Origin: Octopus sinensis
Lineage: Eukaryota
DNA: 64,000 nucleotides
Reading direction: 5' to 3'
NCBI RefSeq assembly: GCF_006345805.1
Contig: NC_042997.1
Coordinates: 98,208,001 to 98,272,000 of the forward strand
The position numbers and the translations under genes are program-made. Positions 55,208 to 64,000 of the stretch are shown piece after piece. Under the pieces are notes generated by a model that searched no databases, was not told where the DNA came from, and was given only the letters and a program-made list of their open reading frames with translations. Numbering within the stretch: position 1 is the stretch's first letter; each line of letters opens with the position of its first letter.

Positions 55208-56162
55208 ATGGCATATTCCTTAATGAGCAAAAAAGATATAAACGTGGGTGCTATGGTTGTAAAGATCAGCTTCTCATCAATAAAATTGTCATAAACAACA
55301 CAAAAACTTGTCGATAGCCTGGGTAGACTATAAAATTGCTTCTGATAGTCTACCACATAGCTGGATTAAGAAACGACGTACTGGAAACAAGCACAGAAAA
55401 AGCTAAGCGTATGAAAACCCGTACTAAAATTGCTGCCTTAGGTATTCTTAGTGATAAATGGCAAGAAAATCCTCTCAGTAGCAAATACCCAAAGAGAGCT
55501 AATAATGCCGATGTTGACAAAGCCCTTACCCATCAATGATTAGTGTTTTCTGGCTTAAAATCAGGAACAGAAGCAATTACCATTACCTCCCAAGATCAAC
55601 GTTTACCTACAAAGAGCTGCCATACCAACATATTAAAGAAAGTCCATATGTCATATATGTAAACAATAAAATGAAGCAATTGATCATGTTGTCTCTCTGT
55701 GCAGTCTTCTTACGCCTACAGAGTATCACCTTAGGTATGATAGAACAGCACAGTATATTCTCTGGGTAATTTGCAAAAACCTGGACCTGCCTCAGGATAA
55801 AAACTGATGGGAACACAAACCACCTTCAGTGCTTGAAAATGATCACATCTCACTCCTTTGAAACTTCACCGTTCAAACTGACAGAAAGATAGCTGCGAAT
55901 AGGCCATCCATTATATCGAAAGACTTGAGACAAAGATCATGCCCCCACATTCGTTTGTCTGTCCCAATCGACATAAATGTATCTGTCAAGACCTCCCAAA
56001 AAACAAGCAATTATAAAGAACTTGAAATGGAAATTGGCAAAATGTGGAACCTCAAGACTAAAATAATGCCTGTTGTCATAGGTGCCCCAGGAATGGTAAC
56101 AAAACGGGCTGATTCCTACCTAGCTCAGAAACCAGGAAACACCAAAATGGAAGAAATACAAA
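55208..56162 (+). mobile_element. R4/Dong-like REL LINE fragment (a)
   Basis: GCYGCKDQLLINK, KWQENPLSSKY, CCHC region, ANRP..., YKELEMEIGKMWNLKTKIMPVVIGA. Begins immediately after an (AAT)n tract. Confidence 0.85.
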
Positions 56163-56164
56163 AT

Positions 56165-58205
56165 AAAAATACAAAGCCAAAGATTTTATAAACCTCCCTG
56201 CAGCCAAGGAAATAATGAAACAACGAATACAACTGAAAGGTACGACAAAAGAACCAAATTTTATCGACAAATCAAGGTCTTCAAGACGGATGCAAAATAC
56301 TTTTACAGGAAAAGTGGCAAAGGGAAGATAGAGGTAAAGTAGCCACCTAAAACTGAGAAAATGGAAGAGTTCTGGAAGAAGATATGGAAAGACAAAAAAG
56401 AATGTAATGCTAAAGCTCGCAAGATAGAACGTGAGAATATGAGACCGGATGAAATTGAAGAGCAGAAATGGGAGGCGATAAGAGTAGAAGAGCTAAGATG
56501 TGTTCTTAGAAAGCCTTATAAATGGAAAACCCCAGGACTGGACCGGATCTCTAACTTCTGGCTGAAGTTTTTGACAGAAGTATACCAACATTTTGCTGCA
56601 TCCCTAACTCAGACCAAATACCTGCCAGCCTGACCGAAGGAACAACATACTTTCTACCAAAAACTGAAGACACGAAAAATTCAAAGAAGTACTGACCAAT
56701 AACTTGTCTTAACACTACTTACAAGATCATCACATCGATACTAACTGAAAGAATATATACTTTTCTTGAACAGAACTCTATCCTTCTACAAGCTCAAAAA
56801 GGTGGTAAAAGGAATTCTTATGGGTGCAAAGATCAATTCCTCATAAATATAATGATTGTAGAAAATTTTCGGAGCAAAAAAAAACAAAAACTTGAGTATG
56901 GCATGGTTAGACCACAGGAAAGCGTTTGATAGTGTCCCCCATAATTGGCTACTCAAGGCCCTTTAGATATATGCGATATAAATTCTTACACGGTAGCATG
57001 GCCAAGTGGAATACACGTTCCCTACACCATAGTAATGGGATGAGACAATCTAACGACATCAACACCAAACGAGGCATCTTTCAAAGTGAATCCATCACCC
57101 CATTACTTTTTTGCATGACACTGATCCCGCTCTCAGACGAACTGAGTAGCACCAGGTATGGGTTCAAAATGTATAATTTTATAGTAAATCATCTGCTTTA
57201 TATGGACGATCTTGAAGCTGTTAACAACTGTTAAAGAGTTCAACAAGGGCATCGGGATGAATTTTGGCCTTGATAAGTGAGCTACAACAAATTTTGTAAG
57301 AGGCAAGCTCGGGCAAACAACTTCCATTAAATTAGATACGGACACTACCATCAAGGAGATGGTATACAACGTGCTACTATGAAGGAAAAAATAATATAGG
57401 AGTATTGCAGGAGAGTAATACTCATACTAAAAACTGAACTGAAATCCCAAAATCGTATCGAAACCATTAACACCCTGGCACTTCCAGTAGTCCAGTACAG
57501 TTTTAACATCATTACCCGAAATCTTAAAGAGCTCCAACGCCTGGACAGGAAGACAAGAAAACTACTAACTTCTAAGAACCTGCACCACTCAAAAGCAGGC
57601 GCTGTTAGTCTGCACCTACTAGAAATAATGAGGGAAGAGGAATGAACAAGTACTTATCTATTACAGAAGACTGGATGCTGCGACTTGTGTGCAAACACGA
57701 AAGCAGCAAAAAATCACAGTTCATTGTCAAGGAAGCTTGCAAATTCGCAAGGAAAACCCTGAATTAGAGGAAGAACCTGAAACCACTGCCACCAGTCAAG
57801 CAAAACGGATCAAACAGACTTTAAAACAAAATTGAGGAGCGGTGGAGCCAGAAGGTTCTGCATGGACAGTATATACTTCGCAGCCGAAATGCTGATATAG
57901 ACCAAGCTACAACCCATCTGTGGCTGAGAAGCTCAGGACTGAAAGCTGAGTCTGACGGTTTCATATTAGCGGCACAAAACCAAAGCTTCCTTACCAAATA
58001 CTACCAGGCTAACGTTCTTCAAAACGGTTCTGACGCTAAATGCAGATTCTGCGATACACTTGACGAAACAATAGACCACCACATCTCGGGTTGTCTTGTG
58101 TTGATACCAAACGAATACAAAAATCGCCACGATAGGGCATATGGTGTAGTGGTTAAGAGCCCGGGCTACTAACCCCAAGATTCCGAGTTCGATTCCAGGC
58201 AGTGA

Positions 58206-58267
<62 letters not shown>

Positions 58268-58590
58268 GAGCGATCCAGGGTAATTGACCAGATATAATCA
58301 TTAAAGACATGGAAGAAAATACTTGTATACTAATAGATGTAAGTGTTCCCACTGATAATCATTATATCTGTAAAGGAATTTGACAAATTAAGGACTCGGA
58401 AATTGAAATACAAAAGATGTGGCCTCTTAAAGCAAGAACTGTTCCGGTTATTGTGGGTGCCCTAGGTATGATAAGAAAGAGATGTTAGAAGCATCTAGAT
58501 AATATCCCAGGAGAACCAAGTCTCAGAAATCAGAAATATAGTACTGACAAGTACCTTTCACATCCTTAGAAACAACCCTATCAATTTAAA
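56165..58590 (+). mobile_element. R4/Dong-like REL LINE fragment (b) with RT core
   Basis: KWKTPGLDRISNFWLK, YGCKDQ, AFDSVPH, GIFQSESITPLLF, HLLYMDDL, CRFCDTLDETIDHHISGC, PDIIIKD...LIDVSVP. Interrupted by a tRNA-like SINE at 58135. Confidence 0.9.
58135..58267 (+). mobile_element. tRNA-only mini-SINE with (AAT)n tail
   Basis: About 76 nt: GGGCATATGGTGTAGTGGTTAAGAGCCCGGGCTACTAACCCCAAGATTCCGAGTTCGATTCCAGGCAGTGACCTGA, with A and B boxes but no paired acceptor stem, followed by (AAT)n. Confidence 0.8.
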
Positions 58591-58738
58591 TGTATGTGTT
58601 GTATTACATGAAGATATTTCGCTACTGTCCCTGCTACTTGCCCTTTCATCAGTGAAACTGTAACATCTCTTATCTTTCACTCACCTTAAGATAATGGGTG
58701 TGTCTCGGCAAGTGATTGTAACATTCAGATTAAAAGTA

Positions 58739-58799
<61 letters not shown>

Positions 58800-58847
58800 T
58801 AATAATAATAATAATAATAATAATGATGATGATGACGATAATAATAA

Positions 58848-59058
58848 TAGCTTCAAATTTTGCCACAAGGGCAGCAGTTTTGGAGGAGAAGATGAGTTGA
58901 TGTAATCGACTCCAGTGTTCAACTGCAACTTATTTTATCGACACCGAAAGGATGAAAGCAAAGCCGACCTCGGCAGACTTTGAACTCGGAACGTAGTGAC
59001 GGGCGAAATGCCGCTAACCGTTTTGTCATGCTTGCTAGCTATTCTGTCAGCTGGCTAC
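58848..59058 (-). mobile_element. SINE family A copy inside an (AAT)n tract
   Basis: Reverse complement matches the family A head, core and tail. A 5'-half copy also lies at 59725-59820 (-) and degraded copies at about 7740-7880 (-) and 10830-10935 (-). Confidence 0.85.
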
Positions 59059-59107
59059 CATAATAATAATGATGATGATGATGATAATAATAATGATAAT
59101 AATAATA

Positions 59108-59573
59108 TGGTATAGGCACACGCCAGAAAAGGTCACAGAAAACGAGAAAGTACCATACTCTGGGATATGCTAATACACACAGAAAGAGATATTAAGGCCA
59201 ATAGGCCAGATATAGTTGTCAGAGATCATGAAGAAAAATGCTTTCTAATTGATGTATTAATACCAGCAGATGACAACGTTTCTCTAAAAGAAATGGAAAA
59301 ACTTTCAAATTACAAAGACCTGGAAATAGAAATAACACGAATGTGGAATCTAAAAATAGAGATAATTCGTATCATAGTAGGCACTTTAGGTATGATAACA
59401 AAATATTCAGACAAATACATAACAAAAACACCAGGACTTACAAATATATACAACATACAGAAAATTACACTTTCATTACAATAACCATAAGAGCATCACG
59501 GCAAATCACAGCACACACCCAAGGCACACAGAGCTGCGCTCGGTAGTGAAAGTACGTTATAAAAATAAAACTA

Positions 59574-59582
<9 letters not shown>
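59108..59582 (+). mobile_element. R4/Dong-like REL LINE 3' fragment (c)
   Basis: IKANRPDIVVRD...CFLIDVLIPADDN...YKDLEIEITRMW (REL endonuclease). 3' UTR ends ACTACTG(AAT)n. (AAT)n tracts on both sides. Confidence 0.9.
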
Positions 59583-59642
<60 letters not shown>

Positions 59643-59872
59643 CACCATTTCTATTACATGTACAAAGCTGAAAAGTCTGGTGAGAGTGGGACAATTTATT
59701 GGTCACAAAACAATTAAAGGCAACGTTGACCACAGTGTATCTTGAACTCAGAACGTAAAGCCGGACAAAATGCCTCTAAGCATTTTCTTCCGGCATGCTA
59801 ACGGTTCTGCTAGTTCACCACCCTAATGATAACAACAACAATTACTACTATAACAACGACGAAACGACGACG

Positions 59873-59907
<35 letters not shown>

Positions 59908-59949
59908 AATAATAATAATAATGATAATAATAATAATAATAATAATAAA

Positions 59950-60625
59950 GCTGATAGGTGGGAACAAAAACCTCTGCATGGCAAATATGAGGCCCGTAGT
60001 AAACAAGTTGATGTAGACCACAAGCACACCCATCAGTGGCTACGGAGCTTAGGGCTAAAGGCAGAGAGGGAAGGCTTTATCTTGGCTGCCAAAGATCAGA
60101 GCTTCTTGACCCGGGACTATCACGTCAGTGTAATGAAAAATGGTGTAGATCCAAAGTGCAGATACTGCAGCGATGGGATAGAAACAGTGGACCACCTAAT
60201 CTCTGGATGTAAGGTTTTAGCACCTGTAAAGTACAAATCAAGACATGACAGGGTTGGCCAATGTCTACATTGGATATTGTGTCGGTATTATAAAATCAAA
60301 ACTGCTGACAAAAGGTACAAGCACCACTCTGAGGCTGTAACTGAGGGAGAAATGTAACTATTCTTGGAGACTTCCCAGTATGTACAGACCAGACCATCAA
60401 AGCAAATAAAGCAGCTATTGTTGTGAAAGACCTAAACAATAAAGTCTGTTTATTGGCTGACATGAGCATATCCTGTGACCATAATATCTTGGCAAAAGAA
60501 TTTTAAAAGCTTAGAAAATAAAAAGATTTGCTGATCAAAATCGAAAAGATGTGGCATCTCAAAACGGTTACAATACCTGTCATTGTAGGATCAAAAAAAG
60601 AAACTGAAAATTATGTAAGAATGAC
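59950..60625 (+). mobile_element. R4/Dong-like REL LINE fragment (d)
   Basis: RWEQKPLHGKY, AAKDQS, PKCRYCSDGIETVDHLISGC...RHDRV, KANKAAI, MWHLKTVTIPVIVG. Follows an (AAC)n(AAT)n tract. Confidence 0.88.
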
Positions 60626-60629
60626 CCAT

Positions 60630-61030
60630 GAGGTGGAGTTCGTCGTAGATTTCCTGGAGATAGCATAAATTTGTGTGCTTCCACGTGTGCTGTTGATTTT
60701 GGCGGCAGGTACAACGTCTGAGTAAGCACTTTTGTCAAAATGTTTGACTCTAAGTTGAGTTACGGGCCTTTTTCAATGGGAGGACCAAAACGGCTCAGCC
60801 ATATATCCATCGAACAGTCACTTTTTCTGCTGCAATTGGCTTTTCGTTGCACACTGCACCTTCGGCCGAGTATCTGTCACCTCCCGTTAACATATTAGCA
60901 AAGTTTCACTGTGAAACTGAAAATCTTTGCATTAGTAACTCGTGCCCAGTGCTGTCCGCCAGAAATTGTAGTGTGGTTTTGCTTTTAATGTCTAATTCAT
61001 CCACTCGCAACTCACCGAACAGCTTTCGTG
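60630..61030 (-). mobile_element. Possible Tx1-like ORF2 scrap
   Basis: Weak similarity of the reverse complement to 50100-50290 of the Tx1 copy (TNLC motif). Confidence 0.35.
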
Positions 61031-61047
61031 TATTCGTGTTTCAGTAT

Positions 61048-61297
61048 GTGGAGGCGCGTGGCTTAGTGATTAGGGTGTTCGGCTCATCATTGTAAGGTTC
61101 TAGTTTCGTTTCCTAGAGCGGGTGATGCGTTGTATTCTTCAGTAAAATACTTCACTTCAAGTTGCTAAACTCTACTCAGCTGGGAAAAATGAGTAATCCT
61201 GCGATGGACCGGCGTCCGGCTAGGTGGGGATTATATACTCCATAAAACCTGGAAACCGGCCCTTATGAGTCGGTATGGCTCAAGAAGGTAACTTTAC
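61048..61297 (+). mobile_element. tRNA-derived SINE (head GTGGAGGCGCGTGGCTTAGTG)
   Basis: A/B-box-like head, CACTTCACTTCA...CTCAGCTG central block, tail shared with 4697-4995. A degraded relative lies at about 12990-13130. Confidence 0.75.
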
Positions 61298-61626
61298 TGC
61301 TTCAGTGCCTGAACAATTCATCTTCCACGTTTTGAGCTACTTAAATAGACAACGTGGAAGCACACAAATTTATGCTATCTCCAGGAAATCTACGACGAAC
61401 TCCACCTCATGGGTCATTCTTACATAATTTTCAGTTTCTTTTTTTGATCCTACAATGACAGGTATTGTAACCGTTTTGAGATGCCACATCTTTTCGATTT
61501 TGATCAGCAAATCTTTTTATTTTCTAAGCTTTTAAACTGTGCCTTTTCTGTTTGCTTCTTTTAAACTTTTGATTAGCTTTTATCATTTGTTATGATGAGG
61601 TAATAAATTTATTTTGTATGTTTTAG

Positions 61627-61752
61627 ATAGGTCTAATTGGACTTGTAGAAAAAGAATGGATTGCAACATTAGGCACACTTGATCCTGAAGATGTAACATT
61701 TCAAGACTTTGTGGCCGTTGGCTCAAAAATTGGAAAAGAATTGAAAGATGAC
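61627..61752 (+). CDS. 5'-nucleotidase-like gene, coding exon 4
   Basis: TTTTAG acceptor. Reads IGLIGLVEKEWIATLGTLDPEDVTFQDFVAVGSKIGKELKDD. Phase-0 donor GAC|GTGAGT. Confidence 0.92.
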
Positions 61753-61904
61753 GTGAGTAATAACTATCATATCCATCCATCCATCCATAAACGTACGCAC
61801 GGACACATACACACATACATACATACACACATACATACATACATACATACATACATACATACATACATACATACATACATACATACATACATGCATACAT
61901 ACAT

Positions 61905-62128
61905 ATTTTAGCAGGTGCTGCCTGAGTGATACCATACGGCATTCGAAGGCCGTCTGCACCGATCTCAGGCTTCTACCACCTTCATTTCTTCTTAGGTGAC
62001 ACCTGTCAACATCACTGTTTCTGTGGAAGTTCCCAGTTGTTGTCAGGATTTTGCGGGTTTTGATATCTATGGAGTGGGTTTCCTCTACAGACCAATCAAG
62101 TATCCCAAATGTTGGGATCAGCACTGGT
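61905..62128 (-). mobile_element. R4/Dong-like LINE fragment (e) in intron 4
   Basis: LIPTFGILDWSVEETHSIDIKTRKILTTTGNFHRNSDVDRCHLRRNEGGRSL. Confidence 0.85.
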
Positions 62129-62154
62129 ATTGCATATATTGTTTGTTAGTAAAC

Positions 62155-62720
62155 GCTTAAAGGAGAATCTGGATAAACTGTGATTTTCAGAAAGTGAGAT
62201 TGACCGGCTGATTCGTACATTACAAGTGCAATCTATAAGTAGAACAGTAAAAATATGCATGACTTTTCTCAAGTTCTGAATGTGAATTTGTCTGCTCCCA
62301 GAGATGGAGCATTGTATCTTTGTTGGAAACCGGCTCCCTCCTCAGTGGAAGATTTATTATAATTGAAAAAATAGAAGAGACATACATACATACGACTGCT
62401 CCAAGTTTCTATATCCAGACGATAAATTTACATTTATACCAATAATAACTAGTGTATTTGGTTTTGTGAGTAAATGTCTAAGTGATAATCTAGATAAGTT
62501 GGGATTAGAATTTTCAGGACAAAAAATAAAAAAAAATTTAAAAAATCAACCAACTAACTCGCCCATTACAAATATAATCTGTAAGTGGAACAGTAAAAGT
62601 ATGCAAGACTTTTCTCTAGTTTAAAATGTGACATTCTTTTTGTTATCTATGTTCCAAGGATGGAGGGCTGTATCTTTCTTACAAAACCAGCTCCTTCCTC
62701 AAAGGAAGAATTTTAATGAT
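62155..62720 (+). repeat. Old diverged tandem duplication in intron 4
   Basis: 62155-62365 is colinear with 62470-62720 (AATCTGGATAA/AATCTAGATAA; GTAGAACAGTAAAAATATGCA/GTGGAACAGTAAAAGTATGCA; GGATGGAG-like; CTCCCTCCTCA/CTCCTTCCTCA). Confidence 0.7.
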
Positions 62721-62777
62721 TAAGAACAAAAGAAATCATACGTAGATATGTATATACACACACACACACATACATAC

Positions 62778-62884
<107 letters not shown>

Positions 62885-62947
62885 ATATGCATATATGTGT
62901 ATTTGTGTACGTACATATGCTAACTCTTTCTTTTATTCATTTTGTAG

Positions 62948-63070
62948 GGTGCAGATATCGTCATTGCACTAACTCACATGCGGTGGCCAAATGATGAACG
63001 CCTCGCAGAAGAAGCAGAACATATCGACCTCATCCTGGGGGGTCATGATCATGATTATGGCCTTAAAGAG
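62948..63070 (+). CDS. 5'-nucleotidase-like gene, coding exon 5 (gene continues beyond window)
   Basis: TTTGTAG acceptor. Reads GADIVIALTHMRWPNDERLAEEAEHIDLILGGHDHDYGLKE, with the THM and GGHDH metal-ligand motifs. Donor GAG|GTATAT. The C-terminal nucleotidase domain is not in the window. Confidence 0.92.
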
Positions 63071-63383
63071 GTATATCCATGGAAGAAACAAATTCTTTAT
63101 TTTTATTTACAAACAAGGCGACGAGCTGGTAGAATTGTAATATTTAAGTTTGTGTGTATCAGTTTTCTACAATAGGTTGACTTGTTTTCATTTTTCACAT
63201 ACAGGACACTGCTTAATCACACATCATTTACTGTCCCCTACTCTTTATTTTTCGGCAACACCATCTATGTACAAATGTACTAATGTAAGCACGAGCACAC
63301 GTGCGCAAGCGCGCGCGCACTCATGCATACATACATGAATACATACATGCAGACAAACAAACAGACAGACATATAAACATATA

Positions 63384-64000
63384 AAAGGCAGACTGTATGA
63401 TGCATGTGTACGTACAGCCATGCTACATGATAGTGAAACATGGGCTATGACTGCTGACGATATGCGTAAGCTCGCAAGAAATGAAGCCAGTATGCTCCGA
63501 TGGATGTGTAATGTCAGTGTTCATAATCGACAGAGTGTAAGTACCTTGAGAGAAAAGTTGGACCTAAGAAGCATCAGTTGTGATGTGCAAGAGAGACGTT
63601 TGCGCTGGTATGGTCATGTGACGAGAATGGCTAAAGATAGTTGTGTGCAAAAGTGCCACACCCTAGCAGTTGAGGGAACATGTGGAAGAGGTAGACCCAG
63701 GAAAACCTGGGACGAAGTGGTGAAGCACGACCTTCGAACTTTAGGTCTCACCAAGGAAATGACTAGAGACCGAGACCTATGGAAGTATGCTGTGCGTGAG
63801 AAGACCCGGCAAGACTAGTGAGACCATAACCCGTGGCCAGTCGACTTATACATACCTTTCCTTCTTGGGACACAAAACTCCACTTGTGAAGACCCGTTGA
63901 GGCAAGTGAAAATCAAAATCAAAATCAAACCAAATCAAATCAGATATCAGAAAGCAGAACCAAAATCGAAGTCGATCAACATCAATGGAAATTGCAGCTG
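63384..64000 (+). mobile_element. RTE-clade LINE 3' fragment
   Basis: GRLYDACVRTAMLHDSETW...MLRWMC...RRLRWYGHVTRM...RGRPRKTW...RDRDLW, stop 63818, then 3' UTR running off the window. Confidence 0.9.

Larger units (their letters stand above)
60502..61536. repeat. Perfect 185-bp inverted repeat (60502-60686 / 61352-61536), 665-bp spacer
   Basis: Base-by-base comparison of the two arms found no mismatch, including the A7/T7 run. Confidence 0.95.

Noticed and set aside
58135-58210. Functional tRNA gene (also 44291-44366)
   Set aside because: A and B boxes are present, but the acceptor stem does not pair and an (AAT)n tail follows directly. Treated as a SINE.
60502-61536. MITE or foldback transposon interpretation of the 185-bp inverted repeat
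   Set aside because: The left arm is an internal part of a continuous LINE fragment plus its junction, and there is no TSD. A local templated duplication fits better.

Overview
AT-rich, microsatellite-laden animal genomic DNA. The SINE/LINE repertoire and simple-repeat load look like an octopod cephalopod (inferred from recognising the repeats, not searched). One host gene is supported: a + strand 5'-nucleotidase-like calcineurin-type metallophosphoesterase resembling Drosophila CG11883. Five coding exons (12627-12792, 17257-17343, 54888-55027, 61627-61752, 62948-63070) splice in frame with GT-AG sites into 214 codons, and the gene continues past the window end. Intron 2 is 37.5 kb. The rest is decayed mobile DNA (Helitron, pogo/Tigger, mariner, Gypsy, CR1, Tx1/L1, Penelope, RTE, at least seven R4/Dong-like REL-LINE fragments and several tRNA-derived SINE families) plus simple repeats. 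No intact transposon ORF, functional tRNA/rRNA or CRISPR array is seen. Most notable: (1) a perfect 185-bp inverted duplication ending 90 nt before the exon-4 acceptor; (2) three minimal hammerhead-ribozyme folds in intron 2, one with a canonical core; (3) a nest of R4/Dong fragments at (AAT)n tracts plus a tRNA-only mini-SINE with the same CTG(AAT)n 3' end; (4) a SINE tail shared with the local CR1 LINE; (5) a Helitron carrying an antisense Pif1-type helicase fragment; (6) an exact 98-bp local duplication.
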